The translations under genes and the position numbers were made by a program. From positions 1 to 64,000 of the forward strand of contig JAWCKR010000001.1 in the NCBI GenBank assembly GCA_038851755.1: 64,000 nt of DNA. The letters are read 5' to 3'. This document shows positions 9,801-19,945 of the stretch, piece after piece; position 1 is the stretch's first letter; every line of letters starts with the position of its first letter. The notes below the pieces were generated by a model, which saw only the letters and a program-made list of their open reading frames with translations, had not been told where the DNA came from and ran no database searches. This stretch comes from Candidatus Hadarchaeales archaeon (GTDB taxonomy: Archaea > Hadarchaeota > Hadarchaeia > Hadarchaeales > WYZ-LMO6).

Positions 9801-11693
9801 ATGAAGGATTACCCGCGCCTGGGCCTGAGGGTGGGTCTGGAGATCCACCAGGAGCTGGACACGGGCAAGCTCTTCTGTCGCTGCCCCTCCGTCCTGCGCG
9901 AGGAGGAGGCCCCGGTGGAGGTGAGGAGGAGGCTGCGTCTCTCCCAGAGCGAGCTTGGAGAGACGGACAGGGCGGCCCTGCTCGAGGTCTCCAGGGAGAG
10001 GGAGTTCAGGTACCAGGTCTACCCCGACACCCTCTGCCTGGTGGAGCTGGACGAGGAACCCCCCCACCCCCTGAACGAGGAGGCCCTGGAGGTGGCCCTG
10101 ATGCTCTCCCTCATGCTTCAGGCCAGGCCCGTGGACGAGATCCACGTGATGAGGAAGATCGTGGTGGACGGGAGCAACACCTCGGGCTTCCAGCGCACGG
10201 CCCTCATCGCCACCGACGGGGAACTGAAGACGGAGAAGGGGGTCTTCCACCTGCCCACCATCTGCCTGGAGGAGGATGCGGCCAGGAAGGTGGGGGAAGG
10301 CGAGGGGTACGTGGAGTACAGGCTCGACAGGCTGGGGATTCCCCTGCTGGAGGTGGCCACGGCGCCAGAGTTCTCCGACCCTCAGACCCCCGCAGAGGCC
10401 GCCCTGAGGCTGGGGATGCTGATGAGGGCCACGGGGAGGGTGAAGAGGGGCCTCGGCACCATAAGGCAGGACCTCAACATCTCCATCTCGGGAGGGGCCA
10501 GGCAGGAGATCAAGGGGATTCAGGAGCTGGAGCTCATACCGGTGGTGATAGAGAGGGAGGTCGAACGACAGCTCGCCCTGCTGGAGATAAGGGAGGAACT
10601 GAGGAAAAGGGGGGCAGGGAGGGTGGAGAGGAACTTCATGGATGTCTCCCCACTCTTCGAAAAGACCCGCTCCCAGCTGGTGAGGAAAGCCCTGGAGAGG
10701 GGGGAGAGGGTGATGGCCCTCAGACTGCCCGGGTTCGCGGGCCTGTTGGGGAGGGAGGTGCAGCCCGGGAGGAGGCTGGGCACGGAGCTCTCCGACAGGG
10801 CGAGGGTGGAGGGAGGGGTGGGGGGAATCCTGCACACCGACGAGCTGCCCGGGTATGGGATCTCCGGGGAGGAAGTGGAAGAGCTGAGGAGGAGGGTGGG
10901 GGCGGGGAGAGAGGATGCGGTGGTGATGGTGGTGGGTCCCGGGGAGAAGTGCAGGAAGGCGCTGGAGGCGGTGGCGAGGAGGGCGGAGGAGGCGGTGGAA
11001 GGGGTGCCCGCCGAGACCAGAAGGGCCCTGCCCGACGGGAACACGGAGTTCATGAGGCCCCTCCCTGGCGCGGAGAGGATGTACCCCGAGACGGACATAC
11101 CCCCCATCCCCATCACACCGGAGAAGCTGGCGAGCCTCCGGCTCCCCGAAACCCCCGAAAGGGCGAGGGAGCGACTGGTGAGGGAGCACGGGCTGAGCGG
11201 GGAAACGGCCGACCGCCTGCTCTTCTCAGGAATGGTTGAAGTTTTCGAGAAGCTGGTGAAGGGATCGGGCGCCCCTGCCAGACTGGTGGCCTTCACCCTG
11301 CTCGAAACGCTGGTGAGCCTGAGGAGGGAAGGAACGAGGGTGGAGGAAATAGGGGAGGAGTTCATGCTGGGGGCCTTCAGGAAGGTGGCCTCCGGGGAGA
11401 TAGCCAAGGAGGCCCTGCCCGAGCTCCTGAGGCTGGGGGCTGAGGGTAAGGGAGTGGAGGAGGCCGTTAAAGAACTCGGTCTGGGAAGGGTGGGAGAGGA
11501 GGAACTCAGGCTCAAGGTGGAGGAGGTGGTTTCCTCCCACCTGGAGCTGGTGAGGGAAAGGGGGGAGGGGGCGGTGCGCCCCCTGATGGGCATCGTCATG
11601 AAATACTTCAGGGGAAAGGTGGACGGGAAGGTGGTGAACGAGCTGCTCACGAAGGAGGTGAGGAGGAGGCTGGGAGGATGTGCGGGATCATAG
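9801..11693 (+). CDS. gatE: Glu-tRNA(Gln) amidotransferase subunit E
   Basis: GLEIHQEL..KLFC, DEEPPH, MRKIVVDGSNTSGFQRT, RGLGTIRQD, RPLPGAERMYPETD. Confidence 0.96.
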   Translation: MKDYPRLGLRVGLEIHQELDTGKLFCRCPSVLREEEAPVEVRRRLRLSQSELGETDRAALLEVSREREFRYQVYPDTLCLVELDEEPPHPLNEEALEVALMLSLMLQARPVDEIHVMRKIVVDGSNTSGFQRTALIATDGELKTEKGVFHLPTICLEEDAARKVGEGEGYVEYRLDRLGIPLLEVATAPEFSDPQTPAEAALRLGMLMRATGRVKRGLGTIRQDLNISISGGARQEIKGIQELELIPVVIEREVERQLALLEIREELRKRGAGRVERNFMDVSPLFEKTRSQLVRKALERGERVMALRLPGFAGLLGREVQPGRRLGTELSDRARVEGGVGGILHTDELPGYGISGEEVEELRRRVGAGREDAVVMVVGPGEKCRKALEAVARRAEEAVEGVPAETRRALPDGNTEFMRPLPGAERMYPETDIPPIPITPEKLASLRLPETPERARERLVREHGLSGETADRLLFSGMVEVFEKLVKGSGAPARLVAFTLLETLVSLRREGTRVEEIGEEFMLGAFRKVASGEIAKEALPELLRLGAEGKGVEEAVKELGLGRVGEEELRLKVEEVVSSHLELVRERGEGAVRPLMGIVMKYFRGKVDGKVVNELLTKEVRRRLGGCAGS

Positions 11694-13486
11694 GGTACGT
11701 GGGGGCGAGGAGGGCCGCCCCCCTGCTCCTGGAGGGGCTCAGGAGGCTGGAGTACCGGGGGTACGACTCCGCCGGGATGGCCACCCTCGAGGGGAAGCTG
11801 TGGGTGAGGAAGGACGCGGGGAAGCTGGAGGAGATAGAGAGGAGGCTGGAGCTCTCCTCCCTTCCGGGAAAGGTGGGGGTAGGACACGTCAGGTGGGCCA
11901 CCCACGGAAGCCCCACCAGGAGGAACGCCCACCCCCATCTCGACGACTCTGGGGAGGTGGCGGTGGTGCACAACGGCATCATCGAGAACTACCTGGAGCT
12001 GAGGAAGGCACTGGAGAGGAAGGGACACAGGTTCGCCTCGGAAACGGACACGGAGGTGATACCACACCTCATCTCCCACTTCCTCAGGAGGGGGGAGGGG
12101 CTGGAGAGGAGCGTGGAGAGGGCGGTGGGGGAGCTGAGGGGGAGCCTGGCCATAGCCGTGCTCTACGCTCGGGAACCCGAGAAGCTCATAGGGGTGCGCC
12201 GGAGCTCCCCCCTCCTGGTGGGGAAGGGAAACGGGGAGAGCTTCCTGGCCTCCGACATTCCCGCCCTCCTCCCCTTCACCAGGCGGGTGGTGCCCCTTCA
12301 GGAGGAGGAGATGGTCGTCCTCACCCCCTCCTCCCTCTCCATAAGACACCTTCCCTCCCGGAGGAACATCACGAGGAAGCCGATGACGGTCAGATGGACC
12401 GCGGAAATGGCCGAGAAAGGGGGCTACCCGCACTTCACCCTGAAGGAGATCCTGGAGCAACCCTGGGCGGTGGGGGAGACCCTGAGGGGGGCCGAAGAGG
12501 AGGTGGAGAAGCTCTCACGGTTCCTGCTGCGGGCAGAGCGCCTGTACTTCGTGGGATGCGGCACCTCCTACCACGCGGCCGTGGTGGGGAAGTACCTGCT
12601 CGCCAAGCTGGCCGGCCTGCAGGTGGAGGCGGTGGTGGCCTCGGAGTTCGGGGAGAGCTGCGGGGGGGACGGGAGGACGGCCGTGCTCGCCATCACCCAG
12701 TCGGGGGAGACGGCCGACGTGCTCAAGGCGGTGAGGACGGCCAGGGCCTTCGGGGGAAAGGTGGCCTGCCTCACGAACGTGGTGGGGAGCTCGGTGACCA
12801 GGGAGAGCCAGCTGGTTTGCTACATCAGGGCGGGGCCGGAGGTGAGCGTGGTGGCCACCAAGACCTTCACCTCCCAGGTGGCCCACCTCCTCCTCCTCTC
12901 CCTCGAGCTGGGGGAGAAGAGCGGAAAACTGGGCAGGACTGAGAAGAGGGAACTCTTCTCCTCTCTCCTGGGCTCGCCCAACCTCATGGGGCGAACCCTC
13001 CGTTCCTCCCTGGCGCGAACGAAGGCGCTGGCCGGGAAGATGCTGGGGAAGGAGCACCTGTACCTGGTGGGGAGGGGACTGGGATACCCCATCGCCATGG
13101 AGGGCGCCCTGAAGGTCAAGGAGATCTCCTACCTGCACGCCGAGGCCCTGGCGGGTGGGGAGCTGAAGCACGGCACGCTCGCCCTGCTCGAGAAGGGGAC
13201 CCCCGTGCTGGCGGTGGCCGTGCCGGGGGAGGCCAAGAAGAAGCTGATGAGCAACCTGGAGGAGATGAGGGCCAGGGGGGCCTGGATGATCGCGGTGGCG
13301 GAAGAGGGCGACAGGGAGGTCGGGGAGCACGCCGACCTCCTGCTCCCCGTGCCCAGGACGGGGGAGTTCCTCAGCCCCCTCACCTTCATCCTACCCCTGC
13401 AGCTCCTGGCCTATCACCTCTCCGTGGGGAGGGGCTTGGACCCCGACAAGCCGAGATCCCTGGCCAAGTCCGTGACGGTGGAGTGA
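11678..13486 (+). CDS. glmS: Glutamine--fructose-6-phosphate aminotransferase
   Basis: MCGIIG, EYRGYDSAG, HVRWATHG, TQSGETAD, ELKHG, PRSLAKSVTVE. Confidence 0.96.
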   Translation: MCGIIGYVGARRAAPLLLEGLRRLEYRGYDSAGMATLEGKLWVRKDAGKLEEIERRLELSSLPGKVGVGHVRWATHGSPTRRNAHPHLDDSGEVAVVHNGIIENYLELRKALERKGHRFASETDTEVIPHLISHFLRRGEGLERSVERAVGELRGSLAIAVLYAREPEKLIGVRRSSPLLVGKGNGESFLASDIPALLPFTRRVVPLQEEEMVVLTPSSLSIRHLPSRRNITRKPMTVRWTAEMAEKGGYPHFTLKEILEQPWAVGETLRGAEEEVEKLSRFLLRAERLYFVGCGTSYHAAVVGKYLLAKLAGLQVEAVVASEFGESCGGDGRTAVLAITQSGETADVLKAVRTARAFGGKVACLTNVVGSSVTRESQLVCYIRAGPEVSVVATKTFTSQVAHLLLLSLELGEKSGKLGRTEKRELFSSLLGSPNLMGRTLRSSLARTKALAGKMLGKEHLYLVGRGLGYPIAMEGALKVKEISYLHAEALAGGELKHGTLALLEKGTPVLAVAVPGEAKKKLMSNLEEMRARGAWMIAVAEEGDREVGEHADLLLPVPRTGEFLSPLTFILPLQLLAYHLSVGRGLDPDKPRSLAKSVTVE

Positions 13487-13550
13487 GCGGAAAACTGGGG
13501 CCTTTCCTCGGGCCTGCCCCTGGGGGAAAACGCGGGCTCCGCAGCTGGTC

Positions 13551-13571
13551 TTCCTGGAACCCTGCCAGGAA
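13551..13571. terminator. Short hairpin between convergent genes
   Basis: TTCCTGG-N7-CCAGGAA inverted repeat between glmS and the oxidoreductase; function not shown. Confidence 0.25.
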
Positions 13572-13582
13572 AGAACCTCTCG

Positions 13583-14692
13583 CTAGCCCTTGACCTCCCC
13601 CTCGTAAATCTCCCCGACCAATTCCGCTATGGCGGGAGCTGCCGTGAGACCGGGTGACTCTATGCCTATCAAGTTTATGAAACCGAAGAAACCCCTGTCG
13701 GCTTCGTGCCTTATGACGAAGTCCCTGAATCCCTCTCCCGGGCCCTGCAGTTTGGGCCTGACCCCGGAGAACTCGGGTATGAGCTGGTACTCCTGGATGG
13801 AGGGCAGGAACCTCCCCACCTCTTTCCTGAACTCAAGCTCCTCCGAGGTCACACCGTACTCCGGCTGTGAAACGTAGTAGGCGTTGGGTCCCGCCCTCAC
13901 GGTTCCCCCCAGGTCGGGAGTGAGATGGATCCCCAGCCCCTCCCTTCCGGGGACCGGGTACACGGGCATTCTCACGGGGGGTCTGCTGAACCTGAAATAA
14001 TCGCCCTTACAGTAGTGGATCCTGTAGCCCAGTTCGTCCACCTTCAGACCCACCAAGGAGGCTATTCTGTCCGAGTTGAGGCCGGCACAGTTGATCACGC
14101 TGCTGGCCCTTATTTCAAACTCCTCTCCCCCGCTGGTGCCCCTCAGCTCGTACCCGTCCACCACCTTCCGGATGCCCGTGACCTCCGTCCTGGTCATCAG
14201 AACGGCACCTTTCTGAGAGGCCCTCGCCCGAAAATATTCTAGGAGCGAGTCGGGTTCCACTATGCCCGTGGAGGGGGAATAGAGGGCCTCCACCGCCCTG
14301 ATCCTGGGTTCCATTTCCCTGAGCTCCCTCTCCTCCAGGAGCCTCAGACCCTCCACTCCGTTCTCCTCCCCCCACCGCATGAGCCTCCCCAGCTCTTCCC
14401 TCTCTTCCTCTTCCACGGCCACGGTCAGCTTTCCCGTCCTCCTGTGCGGAAGCCTGTATCTCTCACAGATCTGGTAGAGGAGGGAATTACCCCTCACGCA
14501 CAGCCTGGCCTTGAGGGAACCGGGAGGATAGTGGATGCCGGAATGAATCACCCCGCTGTTGTGGGTGCTCGTTTCCTGCCCGAACCTCCCCCTCCTCTCC
14601 AGCAGATACACTCCCTGGCTCCTCTCGGAGAGCCAGGCAGCCACGGCCAGACCCACCACGCCCCCTCCTATCACCACCGTCTCCGCCTGCAC
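13583..14692 (-). CDS. FAD-dependent oxidoreductase (LhgO/GlpA-like)
   Basis: IGGGVVG, ETSTHNSGVIHSG, GLGIH, GVRPK, GIESPGLTAAPAIA; GTG at 14692 after GGAGG. Confidence 0.85.
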   Translation of the reverse strand: MQAETVVIGGGVVGLAVAAWLSERSQGVYLLERRGRFGQETSTHNSGVIHSGIHYPPGSLKARLCVRGNSLLYQICERYRLPHRRTGKLTVAVEEEEREELGRLMRWGEENGVEGLRLLEERELREMEPRIRAVEALYSPSTGIVEPDSLLEYFRARASQKGAVLMTRTEVTGIRKVVDGYELRGTSGGEEFEIRASSVINCAGLNSDRIASLVGLKVDELGYRIHYCKGDYFRFSRPPVRMPVYPVPGREGLGIHLTPDLGGTVRAGPNAYYVSQPEYGVTSEELEFRKEVGRFLPSIQEYQLIPEFSGVRPKLQGPGEGFRDFVIRHEADRGFFGFINLIGIESPGLTAAPAIAELVGEIYEGEVKG

Positions 14693-14719
14693 CCCTCCAC
14701 CTCCCGCTTCACCGAAAAT

Positions 14720-14765
14720 CGCAGTTTGCCTAAAAAAAATAAGATATAATAAAAACAAAACTAAT
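14720..14765. promoter_or_regulatory. AT-rich divergent promoter region
   Basis: AAAAAAAATAAGATATAATAAAAACAAAA in a GC-rich background between divergent starts. Confidence 0.55.
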
Positions 14766-15758
14766 ATGATGAAGGGCCTCATCCTGGCCGGGGGCTTCGC
14801 CACCCGCCTCGGCGCCATAGGGGAGGTCTTTCCCAAAGCCATGCTGATGGTGGAGGGAGACACCCTCGTGGGGCATCTCCTCTCCAAGCTCGAGAGGATG
14901 GGGATAGAGACGGTGATCACCACCAACAGGCGCTTCGCAGAGTTCTTCCGCCCCTATCCCAACGTGCTGGTGGAGGAGAGCACCAGGGAGGAGGAGAAGC
15001 TGGGGGCCGTGACGGCCATAGCCAACGCCATAAGGGAGAGGGGGATCAGGGAAGACCTGCTGGTGGCGTGCGCCGACAACTACTTCTCCTCGGACCTGAG
15101 GGGCTTCGTCTCCTCCTACCAGGGAGATCCCACCGTGGGGATCTACCACGCAGGAGGGGATCCCGGGATACGCCTGCAGGAGATGGCCACGGTGAAGTTC
15201 TGCGGAAGTGACCTCTACCCTCCTCCCCTCCAGAACTTCTGCCTGGAGGAGTTCAAGGAGAAGGCGGATCCGCCCCTGAGTCCCTACGTGAGCACCGGGC
15301 TCTACCTCTTACCCCCCAAAATCTTCCCGATACTGCTGGAGTACTCGGCCGAGAAGAAAAGGGACGCCCCGGGGTTCTTCATCCAGCACCTCATGGAGAG
15401 GGGGGTCAAGGTGAGGGGGTACCTGCTGGAGGGGGAGTGGTTCGACGCCTCCTACCAGAACTACCTGCTTATGTTCAAGGACTCCAGATTGGTGAGGAGG
15501 GATGAGGACGTTATCCAGTTCAGGAGGGAGAGCGGGGGAACTGTGATGCTCCTCTCCTTCCTGAGGAAGGGAGGGATGTACCATGTGTCCAGGGGGGAGA
15601 GGCTCCTCTTCTTCATAGAGGGCGGGGTGGAGATGAAGATGGGAATGAAGAGGATGAGGGTGAGGGGGAGGGAGGTGGTGGAGGTTCCTCCCGGGGAAGA
15701 ACCCAGTCTTTTGAACTCTGCTTATCCCTATTCGGTCTTCCTTTCCCTGAAGATGTGA
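14766..15758 (+). CDS. Sugar-phosphate nucleotidyltransferase with C-terminal cupin-like extension
   Basis: LILAGGFATRL...PKAML, ADN, FKEK, TGLYLL, GEWFD; C-terminal beta-rich LFFIEGGVEMKMG segment. Confidence 0.8.
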   Translation: MMKGLILAGGFATRLGAIGEVFPKAMLMVEGDTLVGHLLSKLERMGIETVITTNRRFAEFFRPYPNVLVEESTREEEKLGAVTAIANAIRERGIREDLLVACADNYFSSDLRGFVSSYQGDPTVGIYHAGGDPGIRLQEMATVKFCGSDLYPPPLQNFCLEEFKEKADPPLSPYVSTGLYLLPPKIFPILLEYSAEKKRDAPGFFIQHLMERGVKVRGYLLEGEWFDASYQNYLLMFKDSRLVRRDEDVIQFRRESGGTVMLLSFLRKGGMYHVSRGERLLFFIEGGVEMKMGMKRMRVRGREVVEVPPGEEPSLLNSAYPYSVFLSLKM

Positions 15759-15869
15759 TAACACCACCTGGACCGTTGGGATTTCTAAACCAGAAAGGCT
15801 CAAGGAGCAGGATGATCTCGGGGCAAAAACCGATATATGGCCTGCCGTGGGAGTTAGGGCGGTGATTCC

Positions 15870-16883
15870 CTGCCGTGCGTACTGGTCTGCGGAGGACAGT
15901 GGGGCGACGAAGGGAAGGGGAAAATCGTGGCCTACCTCTCCCTCAAGTACAGACCCCACCTGGTGGCCAGGGCAGGGGTGGGCCCCAACGCGGGACACAC
16001 GGTGCACTTCGGTGGAAAGAAGTTCGGGCTGCGGCAGGTCCCCTGCGGCTTCGTTCACGAGGGGGCCAGGCTTCTGATAGGTCCGGGCGTCCTGGTCAAC
16101 CCGGAGGTCCTCCTCAGGGAGGCGGAGGAGACTGGGGCGAAGAACAGGCTGGGGGTGGACAGGAGGTGCGCGGTCATCGAGCCGCACCATGTGGAGAGGG
16201 ACAGGAGCTCCGAGCACCTCAGCAAGAAGATAGGGACCACGGGAAGCGGGTGCGGCCCCGCTAACGTGGACAGGGTGAACAGGGTGGCCAAGCTGGCGGA
16301 GGAGGTGGAGAAGCTGCGTCCCTTCCTCACCGATGTTCCTCTGGAGGTGAACGAGGCCCTGGAGAGGGGGAGGCTGGTGCTCATAGAGGGGAGCCAGGGT
16401 TTCGGGCTCTCCCTCGTTCACGGTACCTATCCCTACGTCACGAGCAAGGACACCTGCGCCGGTACGATGCTGGCGGACGTGGGCGTGGGGCCCACGAAGG
16501 TCTCCGAGGTCCTGCTGGTGTTCAAGGCCTACGCCACCAGGGTGGGCGAGGGGACCTTCCCCACCGAGATGCCGGTGGAGGAGGCGGAGAGGCTGGGGAT
16601 AGTGGAGTACGGGACGGTGACCGGCAGGAGGAGGAGGATAGGTCACTTCGACTTCGAGATGGCCCGGAGGGCGACCATGATCAACGGCGCCACCCAGATA
16701 GCCATCACCTGCCTGGACAAGCTCTTCAGGGAGTGCGCCGGGGCCAGGAAAATGGAACAGCTGACGGAGGAGGCCAGGAGGTTCGTGAGGAGGGTGGAGG
16801 AGGCCACCGGCGTACCCGTAACCCTTCTCTCCACGGGGGAGGGAACCGAGGACATCATCGATCTCACCAGGGGCAGACTTTGA
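15870..16883 (+). CDS. purA: Adenylosuccinate synthetase (short archaeal type), apparent CTG start
   Basis: [11 protein letters not shown] lies in frame upstream of the called GTG (15927); [30 protein letters not shown]. Confidence 0.93.
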   Translation: MPCVLVCGGQWGDEGKGKIVAYLSLKYRPHLVARAGVGPNAGHTVHFGGKKFGLRQVPCGFVHEGARLLIGPGVLVNPEVLLREAEETGAKNRLGVDRRCAVIEPHHVERDRSSEHLSKKIGTTGSGCGPANVDRVNRVAKLAEEVEKLRPFLTDVPLEVNEALERGRLVLIEGSQGFGLSLVHGTYPYVTSKDTCAGTMLADVGVGPTKVSEVLLVFKAYATRVGEGTFPTEMPVEEAERLGIVEYGTVTGRRRRIGHFDFEMARRATMINGATQIAITCLDKLFRECAGARKMEQLTEEARRFVRRVEEATGVPVTLLSTGEGTEDIIDLTRGRL

Positions 16884-17437
16884 GAAGGCTGGTGATAGCG
16901 GTCACGGGTACCCCTGGAACGGGAAAATCCCGCTTCGCCTCCGAACTCTCCAGGAGGCTGGGAGCAGAGCTGGTGAGGCTTAACGAGCTGGTGGAGAGGG
17001 AAAGAGCCTACGTCCTGGATGAGGACGGTGAAAAGGTCGTGAAGCTGGGTGAGATGACCAGGGCGGTGGGAAGGATTCTCAGGGAGACGAAGGGGCCCGT
17101 GGTGGTGGAGGGGCACCTCTCCCATCTCCTCCCCACCCGCTATCTCTCCCACGTGGTGGTGCTGAGGACCCACCCGAGGGTGCTGGAGAGGAGGCTGAGG
17201 AGGAGGGGATACCCTGAGGGCAAGGTGCGCGACAACGTGGAGGCGGAGGCCCTGGACCTCATCCTCTGGGAGGCTGTGCAGAGGCATGGAGAGAGGGTCT
17301 ATGAGATAGACACGAGCAAGAGGGGAGGAACCGTTTCCCTCTTCCTGGAGGCCATCAAAAAAGGTACCAGGCTTCCTCCAGGGAAGGTCAGGTGGCTAGA
17401 GGAGTACCTGGACCACGGGAAGCGCACCGCGGGCTAG
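16880..17437 (+). CDS. Adenylate kinase, AK6/Fap7 family
   Basis: [37 protein letters not shown]; TTG start overlaps the purA stop. Confidence 0.85.
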   Translation: MRRLVIAVTGTPGTGKSRFASELSRRLGAELVRLNELVERERAYVLDEDGEKVVKLGEMTRAVGRILRETKGPVVVEGHLSHLLPTRYLSHVVVLRTHPRVLERRLRRRGYPEGKVRDNVEAEALDLILWEAVQRHGERVYEIDTSKRGGTVSLFLEAIKKGTRLPPGKVRWLEEYLDHGKRTAG

Positions 17438-17793
17438 AAGAGCCTTAGCGATCGAAGGATTTTGTTGAAGGTGCCCTCGTAGCTCCCGTAAAAACTCGGG
17501 AGGGTGCTGAAGGTCAGGGAATACACGGTGTCCCGGTTTAGGAAGAGGTCCACCCTCACGGCTATGTCCATCCCCCCTTCGAAGTTCTCCAGGGTGAACC
17601 TCCACTCGTACCCCTCCTTCCCCCCCACCTCCACGCTTCCGTTCTCCCCCCAGCTGACGTCGGGAAAGTTATTCTCCATCGCCTCCCTGGCGAAGACCAC
17701 GAGTTCCTCCATGGTCATGCCAGACCAGGGTGTCGGCGTTGCCATCAAATTGAACCTAGCAAGACCTCCCGGCGCGCTCCGGTAAAATATCAC
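17434..17793 (-). CDS. Hypothetical protein, PsbP/DUF1795-like C-terminal fragment
   Basis: VGGKEGYEW...TVYSLTFST...[12 protein letters not shown] pattern; no signal or lipoprotein N-terminus, possibly truncated. Confidence 0.4.
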   Translation of the reverse strand: MIFYRSAPGGLARFNLMATPTPWSGMTMEELVVFAREAMENNFPDVSWGENGSVEVGGKEGYEWRFTLENFEGGMDIAVRVDLFLNRDTVYSLTFSTLPSFYGSYEGTFNKILRSLRLF

Positions 17794-17807
17794 CCCTCCT
17801 CGATTTC

Positions 17808-18800
17808 GTGATCTTCGAGATGCCTTTGACTCCCGAAGCCCATCCCGATACTCACTACCTCAGGCCCACCCCGGGCAAACACTTCACCACCTACCTCCTG
17901 GCCGAGGCCCTTTACCCTGAGAAGCCCTTTTCCGCCTTCCCCGACGTCTTCGACCTGCTTCACCTCTCGGAGGAGGAGTGGTGGCTGTGGCGGCACTGGC
18001 TGGCGGAGGCGAGGTCCCTGGGGGCCTCCTTCATGATGCCCTACCAGGCCTACGTCTACGGGGGAGGGTCCTACACCCTCCCGGCCGACAGGATCTCCCC
18101 CTACACCCGCTTCTTCGCCGAGCACCCCCAGTACTACGAGAACCTGGAGAGGGTGGCCAAGGTGGCGGTGCTGTACGACCTGCACTCCACCCTGGTCAAC
18201 CGGCAAACCTGGAGGGCCAACCTGGCCTGGGAGAGCTTCGAGAACGTGGGACTGGCGCTGCAGGAGGCCCACCTCCCCTTCGAGGTGGCGTACAGGGGGG
18301 ACGGGGAGTTCGTGCAGAAGCCCCTGACGCCGGAGGAGCTTAGGAAGTACAGCGTGGTGGTGGTCCCCAGCTACTACGACCTCGACCAGGAAGCCACCAG
18401 CCTCCTGCAGCAGTACTCGGCTGCGGGAGGCCTCGTTCTGAGGTGCGACAACCTGGCCGACGACTCCCAGCTCGTGCCAACGCTGAGGGGGCTCGGAATA
18501 GACCTCGGGTTGGAAACGAACGCCCCGGAGGATCTGTCGCTGGTCGCCTACCGCAGGGGCGACTCGCTCCTGGTCCACCTGATAAACTACAGGTACAACA
18601 AGGGAACACGCGACTTCTCCGACCTGACGGACATGGAGGTGACGCTGACCATCCCGGAGGGTGTCAACCTCGAGGGAAAAGTGCTGAAGGTGCTCAGCCC
18701 CGACGAAGAGGAGATTACCCTGGATTTCAGGGTGCAAGATGGAAAGGTCACCTTCACGCTTCCCCGCCTCCACTGCTACTCCGTCGCCTCGTTCGAGTGA
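17808..18800 (+). CDS. Hypothetical protein resembling the C-terminal part of a glycoside hydrolase (beta-galactosidase trimerisation/GATase-like and beta-sandwich domains)
   Basis: KVAVLYD, LQEAHLPFEV, KYSVVVVP, AGGLVL, LLVHLINY, VTFTLPRL; probably 5'-truncated. Confidence 0.55.
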   Translation: MIFEMPLTPEAHPDTHYLRPTPGKHFTTYLLAEALYPEKPFSAFPDVFDLLHLSEEEWWLWRHWLAEARSLGASFMMPYQAYVYGGGSYTLPADRISPYTRFFAEHPQYYENLERVAKVAVLYDLHSTLVNRQTWRANLAWESFENVGLALQEAHLPFEVAYRGDGEFVQKPLTPEELRKYSVVVVPSYYDLDQEATSLLQQYSAAGGLVLRCDNLADDSQLVPTLRGLGIDLGLETNAPEDLSLVAYRRGDSLLVHLINYRYNKGTRDFSDLTDMEVTLTIPEGVNLEGKVLKVLSPDEEEITLDFRVQDGKVTFTLPRLHCYSVASFE

Positions 18801-18821
18801 AGAAAGGGTGGGGAAACCCGC

Positions 18822-19775
18822 TCAACGCAGCTCCCACTTGATCTTTTCCCCATCCTCTACCCTCCTGACCCTCCCCTCCTCCTCGAGGTACCTCAGATGG
18901 GCCAGTGCCTCCCCCGTGGCGAACCACCTCTGGATGGGCGGGAAGCCCTCCCACGGACCCTCGAGGTCCCAGGTCATCCCTGACGCCAGCTCGTAAGCCG
19001 TTTTCCTCCCCTCCTCGAGCAGGGAGAGGACCTCCTCCGCCCTCAGGCGGTGATGGAGCTTGAGCTCCTCCACCCTGCCTCTGAGGTCCCTGAAGGGCCT
19101 CCGGTGGCCGGGAAGGACCAGCTCCACCCCCAGAGAGGCCGTTCTCTCCAGGCTCTTCAGGTAGGCCCCCAGCGGGTTCTCCTCCTCCGAGAGGGGAGTG
19201 ATGTTGGGGGTGATGTCCCCCAGCACATGATCCCCCGACAGGAGGAGCTTCCGATGGGGCTCGTAGAGGCAGAGGTGCCCCCTCGTGTGACCCGGGGTCG
19301 CCAGGCAGGTGAAGGAGAACTCCCCCACCTCTATCCTGCTCCCCTCGCCCACGAAGGTGAAGGTGGGAAGGGTGCTGGGACCGTAAAGACGGCCCGGGTG
19401 GGTCTCCAGCATTCTGAGGAGCTCCTCCTCGGGGATGCCCGTGAGGAGGATCAACCTCCCTATCCTCTCCCAAGAAGTGAGGAGCTCGGACTCCGGCCTG
19501 TTGAAGTAAACGCGCGACTCCCCGGAGGCCAGGGAGGAGACCAGCCCCAGGTGGTCAGCGTGGAGGTGGGTGATGAAGAAATCCGTTTTCCTTAAATCCA
19601 CCCCCAGCTCCCTCAGGGCATGGAGGAGGACGGAGGCGCACTCCTCCCGGTTCATCCCCGTATCCACCACCAGGTCCCTCTCCCTCCCTTTCACCACGTA
19701 GGAGTTCACCGACTTCAGGGGGTTGCGGGGCAAGGGGACCTCCACCCGCTGGAGGCCCGGCAGGACCTCTTCCAT
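18822..19775 (-). CDS. MBL-fold metallo-hydrolase with C-terminal winged helix
   Basis: THLHADHLG, TPGHTRGH, SGDHVL, LPGH; C-terminal EALAHLRYLEEEG. Confidence 0.9.
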   Translation of the reverse strand: MEEVLPGLQRVEVPLPRNPLKSVNSYVVKGRERDLVVDTGMNREECASVLLHALRELGVDLRKTDFFITHLHADHLGLVSSLASGESRVYFNRPESELLTSWERIGRLILLTGIPEEELLRMLETHPGRLYGPSTLPTFTFVGEGSRIEVGEFSFTCLATPGHTRGHLCLYEPHRKLLLSGDHVLGDITPNITPLSEEENPLGAYLKSLERTASLGVELVLPGHRRPFRDLRGRVEELKLHHRLRAEEVLSLLEEGRKTAYELASGMTWDLEGPWEGFPPIQRWFATGEALAHLRYLEEEGRVRRVEDGEKIKWELR

Positions 19776-19945
19776 CCCCCTACCTAATCCTCGAGGTATT
19801 TAGGCTGAACCTTCGGGGGGAGAAGTCCAGCCAAAACCATGAGAAAAGTCAAGAACTTTTCCTCTTTCCCTTGAAACACCCTTCTATCTTCCCCTTTCCA
19901 CCACCCCGATATCTTTATAAAGAGTCTTCCCTCCCCTTCCTTTTG

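Noticed and set aside
15759-15860. C/D box sRNA or riboswitch upstream of purA
   Set aside because: A GATGA is present but no matching CTGA box or convincing stems.
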